Shown here: positions 19,155-28,756 of the stretch, piece after piece | Layout of the letters: every line of letters begins with the position of its first letter | Numbering within the stretch: position 1 is the first letter of the stretch | Assembly: GCA_965221125.1 (NCBI GenBank) | Contig: CBDCRW010000007.1 | Span: forward strand, 736,001-800,000 | Length of the DNA stretch: 64,000 nt | Direction of reading: 5' to 3' | DNA from: Alphaproteobacteria bacterium | Lineage (GTDB): Bacteria > Pseudomonadota > Alphaproteobacteria > UBA828 | The notes under the pieces: generated by a model | The model's database searches: none | What the model was told of the DNA's origin: nothing | What the model saw: only the letters and a program-made list of their open reading frames with translations | Position numbers and translations under genes: made by a program

Positions 19155-19646
19155 ATGCCACAGCTCGAGATGGGGGACTACGCGCCCCAAATCTTCTGGC
19201 TGGTCGTCACCTTTGTCGCGCTCATGCTGATCATGTGGGGCGTGGGTCTGCCGCGGATACGCCGCGTCATCGAAGCCCGCGAGAACAAGATCAGCGAGGA
19301 CCTGGCCGACGCCGAGAGCGCGAAGGGCAGGGCCGAGGACGCGCTGAAGGCCTATGAGGAGGCGCTGGCGGACGCGCGCTCCAAGGCCCACGGCGTGCTC
19401 GCCGAGACCCAGGCCAAGCTCTCGGCGGAGGCGGACGCGCTGCGCGCCGAGCTTGACGCCGATCTCGCTGCCAGGGCGGCGGAGGCGGAGGAGCGCATCC
19501 AGGAGACGCGCGCCCAGGCGCTCGCCAGCCTGCGCGATGTCGCGGGCGACGTGGCCAGCGCCGCGACCGAGAGGCTGGTCGGCACCGCTCCCTCCGAGAC
19601 CGCTGCGCGGGCAGCGGTGGAGGCGAGCATGGGCGAGGGGCGCTGA
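19155..19646 (+). CDS. atpF2: F0 ATP synthase subunit b'
   Basis: MPQL..., QIFWLVVTF, LPRI, coiled coil. Confidence 0.93.
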   Translation: MPQLEMGDYAPQIFWLVVTFVALMLIMWGVGLPRIRRVIEARENKISEDLADAESAKGRAEDALKAYEEALADARSKAHGVLAETQAKLSAEADALRAELDADLAARAAEAEERIQETRAQALASLRDVAGDVASAATERLVGTAPSETAARAAVEASMGEGR

Positions 19647-19649
19647 GCC

Positions 19650-20207
19650 ATGAAGAAGATGGTTCGCAAGCCCGAATTCTGGGTGATCGTCGCGGCCTGC
19701 GTCTTCGTCGTCGTCGGCAGCCAGATCACCGAGTCGGCCAACTTCTGGATCCTCATCGCCTTCATCACCTTCTTCGGCGCCTTCGGCCGCGCCGCCTACA
19801 AGAAGGTGACGGAGATCCTCGACAAACGGGCGGAGCGGATCAGGAACGAGCTCGACGAGGCGGCAGCGCTGCGCGCCGAGGCGCAAGCTCTGCTGGCGGA
19901 GCACGAGCGCAAGCGCCAGGAGGCTGAGGAAGAGGCTCGCCTCATGGTGGAGCACGCCAAGGCGGAGGCCGAGCGCCACGCCGCCGAGGCACGGGCCGCG
20001 CTCGAGGAGACAATGAAGCGCCGCACCGAGCTTGCCGAGCAGCGCATCGCCCGCGCCGAGGAAGAGGCGATGCGGGAGGTGCGCCAGACCGCCGCAGTGC
20101 TGGCGATCGAGGCTGCGCGCCGTCTCATGAGCGAGACGATCGACGAAGATCGCGCCGATCGCATGATCGAAGAGTCGATCCAGGAGGTCCGCGACCGGCT
20201 CAACTGA
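19650..20207 (+). CDS. atpF: F0 ATP synthase subunit b (with extra N-terminal hydrophobic segment)
   Basis: FWILIAF anchor, LDKRAERIRNELDEA, coiled coil. Confidence 0.93.
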   Translation: MKKMVRKPEFWVIVAACVFVVVGSQITESANFWILIAFITFFGAFGRAAYKKVTEILDKRAERIRNELDEAAALRAEAQALLAEHERKRQEAEEEARLMVEHAKAEAERHAAEARAALEETMKRRTELAEQRIARAEEEAMREVRQTAAVLAIEAARRLMSETIDEDRADRMIEESIQEVRDRLN

Positions 20208-20264
20208 CCCGCGCGCCGGTCAGCAAGTTTGCTGCGCCACGGGTGCAGCACGGGAGGCGCGACC

Positions 20265-21452
20265 GTGTACAAGGGCATGTACGCCTATCCCTGGGACCTG
20301 GTGGACGAGGGGATCGGCACCGCCACGGGCCGGATGCGCGACTGCGGCATCAACACGGTGACCCTGGCCGCGAGCTATCACGCCGGCAAGTTCCTGCGCC
20401 CGCACGCGCCTGCCGGCCGCGTCTATTTTCCCGAAGACGGCACGGTCTACGTGCGGCCCCGCTTGGACCGCTACGGTGCCATCAAGCCGATCCAGAGCAC
20501 GCTCGCCACCGACCGGGATACCTTCGCCGAGCTGAAGGCGGAGGCGCCGGACATGGGGCGCGTCGCCTGGACGGTCTGCCTGCACAACACGCCGCTCGGC
20601 ATGCGCCACCCCGAGTTCACGGTGCGCAACTGCTATGGCGATTCCTACGTCTACAGCCTGTGCCCCGCTTACGAGGAGGTGCGTCGCTACGTCGTGACGC
20701 TTTGCGTCGACATGGCCGAACGCTACGAGCTCGACGGGCTCGCGCTGGAGACCCCCGGATTCCTGCCCTTCGATCACGGCTTCCACCACGAGTTCTTCCT
20801 GGTTCCGATGAACCGCTGGGCCGGCTGGCTGCTCGGGCTCTGCTTCTCCGAAGGCACCATCGCCGCTGCCGAGGCGCGCGGCATCGATGCCGAGCGGCTC
20901 CGCTGGCAGGCCTGCGCCGCGCTCGACGGGTTCTTTGCCCGGCCGGAGCCGGTGCCAGACCATATCGCCGCCGAGTGGTGGATCGCCGACCTGATCGCGG
21001 ACCCGGAATGGGCCGTGTTCCTGAGCTGGCGCTGCCAGCTCGTGGCCGACCTGGTTGCTGAGGTTCGCGCAGCGCTGCCCAAGGAGACCAGGCTTGCGGT
21101 CATCCCGACCGTGCAGCGGCCAACGGCGGCGGCCTGGTCGGAAGGGACGGACCTGCGCCTGCTCGCCGAGGCGGCCGATTCGCTGGAGGTCCCGGCCTAC
21201 GAGGCGAACGCGGCAACCGTGGCGCTCGATGCCGGCGACGTGCGGCGCCGCGCTGGTGTGGACGCGCGGATCGCCTACATCCTGCGCCCGGCCCATCCCG
21301 ACCTTGCGAACGGCGCGGAGACTTCTGCTGCCGTGCGCGCACTGCGGGCGAGTGGGCTTTCGGGGATCGCGTTCTACAATTACGGCCACGTTGCGCTCAG
21401 CGCGCTCGAACGGGTGCGCGATGCGCTCGCCGTGCTGGAGGAGGCGCCATGA
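20265..21452 (+). CDS. Uncharacterised glycoside-hydrolase-like TIM-barrel protein
   Basis: YAYPWDL, LAASYH, LCPAYEEVR, DGLALE, FYNYG resemble GH-like barrels; GGAGG RBS before GTG at 20265. Confidence 0.6.
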   Translation: MYKGMYAYPWDLVDEGIGTATGRMRDCGINTVTLAASYHAGKFLRPHAPAGRVYFPEDGTVYVRPRLDRYGAIKPIQSTLATDRDTFAELKAEAPDMGRVAWTVCLHNTPLGMRHPEFTVRNCYGDSYVYSLCPAYEEVRRYVVTLCVDMAERYELDGLALETPGFLPFDHGFHHEFFLVPMNRWAGWLLGLCFSEGTIAAAEARGIDAERLRWQACAALDGFFARPEPVPDHIAAEWWIADLIADPEWAVFLSWRCQLVADLVAEVRAALPKETRLAVIPTVQRPTAAAWSEGTDLRLLAEAADSLEVPAYEANAATVALDAGDVRRRAGVDARIAYILRPAHPDLANGAETSAAVRALRASGLSGIAFYNYGHVALSALERVRDALAVLEEAP

Positions 21453-22240
21453 TGCGATTCTTGGGAAAGTCCGCGCTCGTCACCGGCGGGGGCGGCGGCA
21501 TCGGCGGGGCGATTGCCGAGCGGCTCGCCTTCGAGGGCGCGGCCGTCGGCGTCTTGGATCGCCGGGGCGACACCGCGGCGGATACGGCGCAACGGATCGA
21601 GGCCGCCGGCGCGAAGGCGTGCGCGCTCACGGCCGAGATCACCGACCCCGACTCGGTTGCCGCCGCGCTCGCGGAGATGGAAGAGGCCATCGGCGCGCCG
21701 GACGTGCTGGTCAACAACGCGGCCTGGGCGCTCAAGGGCGATCTGGAGAGCACCGCGCTTGCCGACTGGCAAGCCGAGATCGAGATCGACCTCGACGGCC
21801 AGTTCGTCTGCGCCAAGGCGGTTCTGCCCGGCATGGTCGCGCAGGGCGCCGGCGCCATCGTCAACATCGGCTCGGTCAACGGCCTGATGGCGCTCGGCAA
21901 CCCGGCCTACAGCGCCGCCAAGGCCGGACTTCTCAGCTTCACCCGTTCGCTTGCCGTGGAGTACGGACCGAAGGGTGTGCGCGCCAACATGGTCTCGCCC
22001 GGCACGGTGGAGACCGACATCGAGACCTGGCGCATCCGGCGCGAGAAGAACCCGCAAATCTTCGAGCAGCTCGCCCGCTGGTATCCGGTGGGCCGCGTCG
22101 GCCGGCCCGACGACATCGCCGCCGCCGTCGCCTTCGTCGCTGCCGACGAGGCTGCCTTCGTCAACGGCGCCAATCTGGTGGTGGACGGTGGCCTGACGGC
22201 GGGGCTTCCGGTCATGATCGAGGAGCTTATTCTGGAATAG
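21449..22240 (+). CDS. SDR family oxidoreductase
   Basis: TGGGGGIG, VNNA, YSAAK, VDGG; ATGA overlap with the upstream gene. Confidence 0.92.
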   Translation: MMRFLGKSALVTGGGGGIGGAIAERLAFEGAAVGVLDRRGDTAADTAQRIEAAGAKACALTAEITDPDSVAAALAEMEEAIGAPDVLVNNAAWALKGDLESTALADWQAEIEIDLDGQFVCAKAVLPGMVAQGAGAIVNIGSVNGLMALGNPAYSAAKAGLLSFTRSLAVEYGPKGVRANMVSPGTVETDIETWRIRREKNPQIFEQLARWYPVGRVGRPDDIAAAVAFVAADEAAFVNGANLVVDGGLTAGLPVMIEELILE

Positions 22241-22299
22241 ACATGCCCTCTGCTGTGCGCAGGCCGGGCGGGGGGATACGATTCTTGAGGAAGATGCCC

Positions 22300-22707
22300 A
22301 TGTCCGAAGCTCTCTCTGGCGGCTGCCTCTGCGGCGACGTGCGCTACGAGGTTCGCGGAACGCCGGTGCATGTCTTCCATTGCCATTGCTCAATGTGCCG
22401 CCGGGCGGGCGGCACCGCGTTCCAGACCTGGGCGGGCTTTGAGGACGACGCTCTCACGGTTACGCAAGGAACGGCGGAGAGCTACAAGTCCTCGTCCTTT
22501 GCGATCCGGAGTTTCTGCAGCCGCTGTGGCGGGCAGTTGTTCTACAACTATACAGGCGGGCAGACTCCGCCGGTGTGGGTCACGGTGGGATCGCTCGACC
22601 ACCCAGAGTTGGTGGCGCCCGAACGCCACATCTTTGCGGCCGACAGCGTCCCGTGGCTGCATATGGCGGACGGGCTGCCGAGGACCGAAGGGGACCCGGA
22701 ACTCTAG
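22300..22707 (+). CDS. GFA (glutathione-dependent formaldehyde-activating / CENP-V) family protein
   Basis: GGCLCG, CHCSMCRR, RSFCSRCG. Confidence 0.9.
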   Translation: MSEALSGGCLCGDVRYEVRGTPVHVFHCHCSMCRRAGGTAFQTWAGFEDDALTVTQGTAESYKSSSFAIRSFCSRCGGQLFYNYTGGQTPPVWVTVGSLDHPELVAPERHIFAADSVPWLHMADGLPRTEGDPEL

Positions 22708-22738
22708 CGGGAAAGGCCTAAGGAGGCACCGAGGAGCG

Positions 22739-23602
22739 ATGCAGACTCTGACCCCCGAGCAACGCCGCAACTGGAACATCGACGGCTATCTGCGCGTCGA
22801 GGGCGCCTTCTCGTCCGACGAGGTGGCCTTCTTCTCGAACAAGATCGACGAGATCCGCAAGCTTCCCGGTTATGAGCCGAACCTGAGCACGCTTCCGTTC
22901 GGCCACTATGCCTGGGTCGAGCAATGCGCTGACCAGAACACCGAGGCGTTCATGGATCGGCGCGACCTGCTCACCTACGACCAAGCCTTCATCGACCTCA
23001 TCGACCGCGCGCCGGTGTTCGACCTGATCGTCGACATCATGGGGCCGAACCTCGCCTTCAGCATGTCGCAGGCGATCGTACGAGGGTCCGGCGACGGGTT
23101 CGAGGGCTTCACCCATACCGACGGCGGCGAGGGGCAGCGCGAAGTGCGGGTGGCCGAGACCAGCCGGCCCATCGCGGTGAAGGCGCTTTACCTGCTCACC
23201 GACGTGGAAGGGCGCAACGCCGGCAACTTCACGGTCTTCCCCGGCAGCCACACGCGTCCCTTCCCGTGGGACCGCCGACCGAAGCTGTCGCCACAGTCAC
23301 CCGGCGTGGTGCACCTGGAGGGCAAGGCGGGTGACTGCTTCCTCTTCTCCCACGCGCTCTGGCACGGCCCGGCGCCGAACCGTTCCGGCCGGGCGCGCAA
23401 GACGCTGCTCTACAACTATTCGCAGATGTTCGTGCGCGCCTACGACTATCAGGGCGCACACCCGCTGACCCGGCGGGCGACACCGCGGCAGCGCCGCCTG
23501 TTGGGAGACCTCGGCTACGACTTCCGTCCCGGCTCCTACTTCTACGTGCCGCCCGACCAGACCGAAATCATCATGGGCGAGAGCGCAGCCGCGGCCGAGT
23601 AG
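22739..23602 (+). CDS. Phytanoyl-CoA dioxygenase (PhyH) family 2OG-Fe(II) enzyme
   Basis: DGYL, HTDG (HxD), FPGSH, LWHG, R in GRARK. Confidence 0.88.
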   Translation: MQTLTPEQRRNWNIDGYLRVEGAFSSDEVAFFSNKIDEIRKLPGYEPNLSTLPFGHYAWVEQCADQNTEAFMDRRDLLTYDQAFIDLIDRAPVFDLIVDIMGPNLAFSMSQAIVRGSGDGFEGFTHTDGGEGQREVRVAETSRPIAVKALYLLTDVEGRNAGNFTVFPGSHTRPFPWDRRPKLSPQSPGVVHLEGKAGDCFLFSHALWHGPAPNRSGRARKTLLYNYSQMFVRAYDYQGAHPLTRRATPRQRRLLGDLGYDFRPGSYFYVPPDQTEIIMGESAAAAE

Positions 23603-23650
23603 GCGGACAGCCGCTCTCGCAGGTCGCGCCTCGACCGGGGAACGCCGGGC

Positions 23651-25648
23651 CTACTCGGCGGCCTGGTCGAGTTCCGCGATGGCGTCGTTCCAGTGGGCGG
23701 CCGAGCGCTTCTTCATCATCGTGCGGAATTCGGCGGTGGTCTTGGGGAAGTACTCGCCGGTGCCCCAGTCCACGATGACGCCGTAGCGGCGCACCATGTC
23801 GAACTGGTCGAGCTCGCCCTCGCGGTAGCGCGCGGCGACGGACTCGCCGTCCTCTTCCAGCCAGCCGCGCCGGGCCTTGGCGATGGCGGCACGCTCAGCA
23901 CGGGTGGCTTCGACATCGACCTCGTAGCTCGCGAGGTCGGCGTCGATCACCTTGAGCACGACGCCATAGTCCTTGCGCGCGCGTTCGAGCGAGACGTAGT
24001 CGTCCTCCACGTCAAGCATCACCGCTGCCGGGTCGCGCTCCAGCGGATCGCCAAGCCCGCCGCCCCCCGCCGTCGGCCGCGAGAACACGTCGCCCGACTC
24101 GATCGGCACGTCGGAGAAGATCGAGCCCAGCCACTCGTGCTCGTTCTTGCCCTTGCGCTGGATGTGGAGCCCGTGCGGCATCGACGGCAGCCCGCCCTTG
24201 ATGCCCCAGACGATCGCCCGCTCACGGTCGCAGATGTAGGAGATGACGGTGCTCTCCGCGTCCTGCAGGGTGCTGGTCTTGACCACGCCGGCGCCGCCCC
24301 GCCACTTGCCGGGGCCGGGCGAATCGGTCTGGATCTGATACTCGTTGGCGATGATGGGGCAGAGCCGCTCCTGCCCCTCAACCGGCTGGGTCATCAGCCC
24401 GGTACCGAAGCACGCGGTGGTGACGTTGCAGCCATCCTTGCCGTTGCGCCCGCCCCAGCCGCCGGGCAGCCAGTCGTAGAACATGAAGATATTGCGGTCC
24501 TCGGTGCGCAGGTCGCGGCCGCCGGTGAGCAGATATTCCAGGTTGAAGGCGCAGGCGATCGCGCGCTCGGGCATGATGTCGGACCAGATCTCGTAGATCG
24601 AGTTCATGATCTTCTCGAAGGGCATCAGGAAGCCCGTCACCGCCACCGGCCACTGGGCATCCACGATCGAATTCTCGGGCGCGATCACGTTGATCGGCCG
24701 GTAGAAGCCGGAGTTGAGCGGGAGGTCCGGGAAGTAGGTCTTCATGCCCGCGACCACGGCCGAGAACGTGCCGCCGAAGGCGGAATTGTAGAGGGTGCTG
24801 ATGGTCTCGTGGCTGCCGGTGAAGTCGTAGGTGACCTCGTCGCCCTCGATGGTGAGCTTCACCTTGATCGGGATCAGCCCCTCGCCGAGCGCCGGGTCGC
24901 GGTCGATGTAATCGACGTTCTCCCAGGTGCCGTCGGGGAGCTCGGCGATGCGCTGGCGCGTCGCCAGCTCGACGTAGTCCTGCACCTCTTTGCAGCCGGT
25001 GACGACCGTGTCCTTGCCGTACTTCTCGACCAGCCGCAGGATCTCGCGCTCGGCGACGCGCGTGGCCTCGGCCTGCGCGTTCATGTCGCCGATGATGGAT
25101 TCGGGATCGCGCGTGTTGGCCGCGATCATGTCGGCGAAATCCTTGCGCCACTTGCCCTCGTCGATGAGGCGCGTCGGCGTGATGCGGATGCCCTCGCGGA
25201 ACATCTCCTTGGCGAGCACGTCGAAGGAGCCGGGCGTGCTCCCGCCCACATCGGACCAGTGGCCGTTGGATTGCGCGAAGGCGATGATCTCGTCGCCCAC
25301 GAAGACGGGGCGGATGATCCGCACGTCGTTGAAGTGGGTGCCGCCGGCGTAGGGGTCGTTGGTCATGAACACGTCGCCCGGCCGCATGTCGTCCTTGAAC
25401 GTGTCGATGACCGCCTTGCACGTGTAGTGCAGCGTGCCGACGTGGACGGCGATATCCATGTTGCCCTGGGCGATGGAATCGCCGTTGGCGTCGTTCAGCG
25501 CGGAGGAGAAATCGCGGTTGTAGATGACGAACGAGTAGCAGGTCCTGAGGATCTGCTCCGCCATCTGGTCGACGGTCGTGATGAACGAGTTCTTGAGAAC
25601 CTCGAAGGTGACCGGATCGAGCGTGATGCCAGTGCCTTGCTTGCTCAT
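23651..25648 (-). CDS. Hydantoinase B / oxoprolinase family subunit
   Basis: LDPVTFEV, RDFS, NDPYAGGTHFND, GHWSDVGG, GGGGLGDPLER. Confidence 0.93.
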   Translation of the reverse strand: MSKQGTGITLDPVTFEVLKNSFITTVDQMAEQILRTCYSFVIYNRDFSSALNDANGDSIAQGNMDIAVHVGTLHYTCKAVIDTFKDDMRPGDVFMTNDPYAGGTHFNDVRIIRPVFVGDEIIAFAQSNGHWSDVGGSTPGSFDVLAKEMFREGIRITPTRLIDEGKWRKDFADMIAANTRDPESIIGDMNAQAEATRVAEREILRLVEKYGKDTVVTGCKEVQDYVELATRQRIAELPDGTWENVDYIDRDPALGEGLIPIKVKLTIEGDEVTYDFTGSHETISTLYNSAFGGTFSAVVAGMKTYFPDLPLNSGFYRPINVIAPENSIVDAQWPVAVTGFLMPFEKIMNSIYEIWSDIMPERAIACAFNLEYLLTGGRDLRTEDRNIFMFYDWLPGGWGGRNGKDGCNVTTACFGTGLMTQPVEGQERLCPIIANEYQIQTDSPGPGKWRGGAGVVKTSTLQDAESTVISYICDRERAIVWGIKGGLPSMPHGLHIQRKGKNEHEWLGSIFSDVPIESGDVFSRPTAGGGGLGDPLERDPAAVMLDVEDDYVSLERARKDYGVVLKVIDADLASYEVDVEATRAERAAIAKARRGWLEEDGESVAARYREGELDQFDMVRRYGVIVDWGTGEYFPKTTAEFRTMMKKRSAAHWNDAIAELDQAAE

Positions 25649-25650
25649 CT

Positions 25651-27687
25651 CTATGCCTCCGCTACGTGGATCCGGATGTTGAGCCACTCGTCCACTTCTG
25701 CGCGCACGCCGGGCGGGATGACCGTCGTCGAATCGAGCTGCTCGACGATTGCGGGACCCTCGATCGTCACGCCCGCGGGGAGCCCGTCGTGGGAGTATAT
25801 CGGCGTCTCGACGGCACCCTCAACCTCGTCGAAGTCGACCAACCGCGACTCTTCGGCCTCCACCTTGGCGCCGTTCGCCGCGTGACGCATCAGCTCGGCC
25901 TTGGGCACGGTGCCGATGGCCGCGAGATTGAGGCGGAAGAGCTCGACCGGCGTATCGTCGCGGCGGAACGCGTATTCCCGGTCGTGGTCGGCGTGGAAGG
26001 CGTTCACGGCATCGGGCACCGAGGTGAAGGGCGAGGCCACCGGCACCTGGAGCGAGCGCCACTGGCCCTGGTACATCATGTCGATGCTGCGCTGCAGCAC
26101 CATGTCGGCATCCGCCACGCCCTCCTTCACCAGCCGGCTCTTCGCCTCCGCCTCCATCTCGGCGAAGCGGGCCTCGATGTCGGCCGGGTCTGCCTCCGCC
26201 GCAAGCGCGAGGTAGGTCTGCGAGAGGTCGTGGCGCACGTCAACGAGCAGGCAGCCCAGAGCCGACGTCACCCCCGGATTGGGCGGCACGATCACGGTCG
26301 GGATGGAAAGCTCCTTCGCCAACGCCACGCCGTGCAGGGCGCCCGCGCCGCCGAAGGCAACGAGCGCGAAGTCGCGCGGGTCGTAGCCCCGGCTGATGGA
26401 GATGAGCCGCACCGCATCCGCCATGTTGGCGTTGGCGACGCTCACGATGGCCTTGGCCGCCGCGACGGGATCCATGCCGAGCGGCTCGGCCACTCCGGTG
26501 CGCACGGCGGCTTCGGAGGCCGCCTTGTCGAGCACGATCTGCCCGCCGGCGAGCTGCGTGCCGAGCCGGCCGAGCGCGAGGTTCGCGTCGGTGTTGGTGG
26601 GCGTCGTGTTGCCGCGCCCGTAGCAGGCCGGCCCCGGATCCGCGCCCGCCGACTGCGGTCCGTTGTGCAGTGAGCCCGCGTCGTCGATCCAGGCGAGCGA
26701 GCCGCCGCCCGCGCCGATGGTCAGCACCTCGATGCTGGGGAAGCGGATGGGGTAGCCGAACTCGATGTGCCAGTCCTTGGTGACGCGGGATTCGCCGCCG
26801 AAGACCAGCGAGACGTCGCAGCTCGTGCCGCCCATGTCGAGGCCGATGGAGTTCTCGTAGCCGCAAAGCATGGCGATGTGGCGGCTCGCGATGGCGCCGG
26901 CTGCGATGCCGGAGCCGGCGAGGCGGCCGGCGAACTGCCCGGCGGTCGCCGGCGTCATCACGCCGCCGCCGGAATGCAGCATCAACAGGTCGCTGGCGTA
27001 GCCGCCTTGCTGCAGCGCGTCGTTCATGCGCTTCACGTAGCCGCCCACCACGGGGCTCAGGATCGCGTTCACCACCGTCGTCGAGAAGCGCTCGTGCTCG
27101 AAGATCTCGGGCAGGGTCTCGGACGACGTGGTGATCTCTACGCCCGGAAGCTCCTCCACGAGGATCTCCTTCATGCGCGCTTCGTGCTGCGGGTTGATGA
27201 AGGAGTTCATGAAGCAGACGGCGACGGCTTCAACGCCACGTTTGCGGAGGATGCGGGCCTTCTCGCGCGCATCCGCCTCGTCCAGCGGAGTCGCCACCCG
27301 GCCGCCGTGGTCGATCCGCTCGCGCACCGTCAGCCGGTCGCGGCGCCTGATGTAGGGCTGGGCCACGTCGTTGTACGTGTCCCAGAGGTCCTCCTTGTTG
27401 GAGCGCCTGATCTCGATGACGTCCCGGTAGCCCTCGGTGCAGATCATCGCGGCGGGCGGCAGGCGGCGGGTAATCAGCGCGTTGGTGGCAACGGTCGTGC
27501 CGTGGGAGAAGAGAGTCACGTCCTTGAGGTCGACCTTCGCCTCTTCCAGCCCCCGCATCGCGCCGATCAGGGGGTCGTCCGGCGTCGACGCTGTCTTTGC
27601 GACCCTGAGCGCGCCCGAGTCCTCGTCGAGAATGCAGATATCGGTGAACGTGCCGCCGATATCGACCGCTACCCTCAAATTCGTCAC
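25651..27687 (-). CDS. Hydantoinase A / oxoprolinase family subunit (ATP-binding)
   Basis: DIGGTFTD, HGTTVATNA, DMGGTS, IGAGGGS, FGGAG. Confidence 0.93.
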   Translation of the reverse strand: MTNLRVAVDIGGTFTDICILDEDSGALRVAKTASTPDDPLIGAMRGLEEAKVDLKDVTLFSHGTTVATNALITRRLPPAAMICTEGYRDVIEIRRSNKEDLWDTYNDVAQPYIRRRDRLTVRERIDHGGRVATPLDEADAREKARILRKRGVEAVAVCFMNSFINPQHEARMKEILVEELPGVEITTSSETLPEIFEHERFSTTVVNAILSPVVGGYVKRMNDALQQGGYASDLLMLHSGGGVMTPATAGQFAGRLAGSGIAAGAIASRHIAMLCGYENSIGLDMGGTSCDVSLVFGGESRVTKDWHIEFGYPIRFPSIEVLTIGAGGGSLAWIDDAGSLHNGPQSAGADPGPACYGRGNTTPTNTDANLALGRLGTQLAGGQIVLDKAASEAAVRTGVAEPLGMDPVAAAKAIVSVANANMADAVRLISISRGYDPRDFALVAFGGAGALHGVALAKELSIPTVIVPPNPGVTSALGCLLVDVRHDLSQTYLALAAEADPADIEARFAEMEAEAKSRLVKEGVADADMVLQRSIDMMYQGQWRSLQVPVASPFTSVPDAVNAFHADHDREYAFRRDDTPVELFRLNLAAIGTVPKAELMRHAANGAKVEAEESRLVDFDEVEGAVETPIYSHDGLPAGVTIEGPAIVEQLDSTTVIPPGVRAEVDEWLNIRIHVAEA

Positions 27688-27763
27688 GAATTCCTCCCGC
27701 AGCTCTGCTCGTTACCGCCGCCGCTCCGGCGCCGCGTCCTTGTCGAATTTCCGAATTCAGGCT

Positions 27764-28483
27764 TCACTCGGCCGCCCGCGCCTCGCCGCTGCCGGGCGCA
27801 AGCTCCGGCGGCAGGATCGTCCGCTCGTCGACCCTCGCCGCTTCGAGCTGCGCCGGCGTGAGATTGCGTACCTCGCCCAGGTCGGCGCCCGAGAGATCGG
27901 CGTCGACCAACGCCACGCCGCCGAAGTAGGCGCTCCTCAGTGTGGCACCCCTGAAGCTGGTGCCGGGGAACTCCGCGCCCACCAGCATGGCACCTTCCAG
28001 GTTCGCGTCCTCCAGGCTGGCGCGGCCCACCCAGGCGCCGTGCAGGTCGGCGCGCTTGAGCGTGGCGTGCTCCAGGTGCGCGCGGCCGAGCCAGGCGCGC
28101 TGCAGGCTGGCCTCCACCAGCGAGGCGTGCTCCATGCGCGCGTCGCCGAGGGCGGCATCGGAGAGGTCCGCCTTGTCCAGCACCGCATGCTGCAGCGTCG
28201 AGCCGGCCAGATCGGCGCGGTTCAGGTTCGCGCCGGCGAAATCGGCCCCAGAGAGTTCGGCGCCTGCGAAGTCGGCGCGGAAGAGGTTGGCGTCTCTGAA
28301 TATTGCGCGGCGCAGGTCGGCGCCGGGGAAGCGCACGTCGGCAAGCTCCAAGCCGGAGAAGTCGGCGCGCACGCCCTCCGCACCGTCGCTCTCGAGCCAG
28401 CGCGCGTGGTCTGCGCGCACTCGCGCGATGGTGTCGGGATCGGGCTTTTCGTTTGTTGCCGCGCCCCCGGCGGGGTTCAGCAT
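27764..28483 (-). CDS. Pentapeptide-repeat protein
   Basis: H..WL...G..G.RADFSG followed by many A(D/N)LxX repeats. Confidence 0.88.
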   Translation of the reverse strand: MLNPAGGAATNEKPDPDTIARVRADHARWLESDGAEGVRADFSGLELADVRFPGADLRRAIFRDANLFRADFAGAELSGADFAGANLNRADLAGSTLQHAVLDKADLSDAALGDARMEHASLVEASLQRAWLGRAHLEHATLKRADLHGAWVGRASLEDANLEGAMLVGAEFPGTSFRGATLRSAYFGGVALVDADLSGADLGEVRNLTPAQLEAARVDERTILPPELAPGSGEARAAE

Positions 28484-28583
28484 GGCGCACACTCCCTTGC
28501 CCCGCACAGCCGCTCCCCAGTGCCGCGCGGGGTCCTCTCGCCGAATGAGGCTATCCAATAGCGATAGAAGGCGTTTCGATCAA

Positions 28584-28611
28584 TGGTGGAGGCGGTGTGG
28601 GTCGGACCCTC
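28584..28611 (-). other. Degenerate tmRNA/tRNA-Ala-like 3' end (possible att scar)
   Basis: Minus strand GAGGG-TCCGACC-CACAC-CGCCTCC-A-CCA has the T-stem/T-loop/T-stem/acceptor/discriminator/CCA spacing; it lies at the edge of the low-GC insert. Confidence 0.45.
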
Positions 28612-28756
28612 GACCGGCTCCACTTAAGAAGGGTGCGACACGCGATAATCAAGCTCATGCGTATATTCCTCAACCAACATCTTGGTGAATCGGGCCAACG
28701 TGCGTCGCGCCAACCATGTCAGTGAAAAAGAGAATGCCGAAAAGATCTGACATGCC

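Noticed and set aside
27880-28370. 15-nt periodic repeats as a CRISPR or DNA repeat array
   Set aside because: Explained by pentapeptide-repeat coding sequence; no identical repeats with unique spacers and no cas genes.
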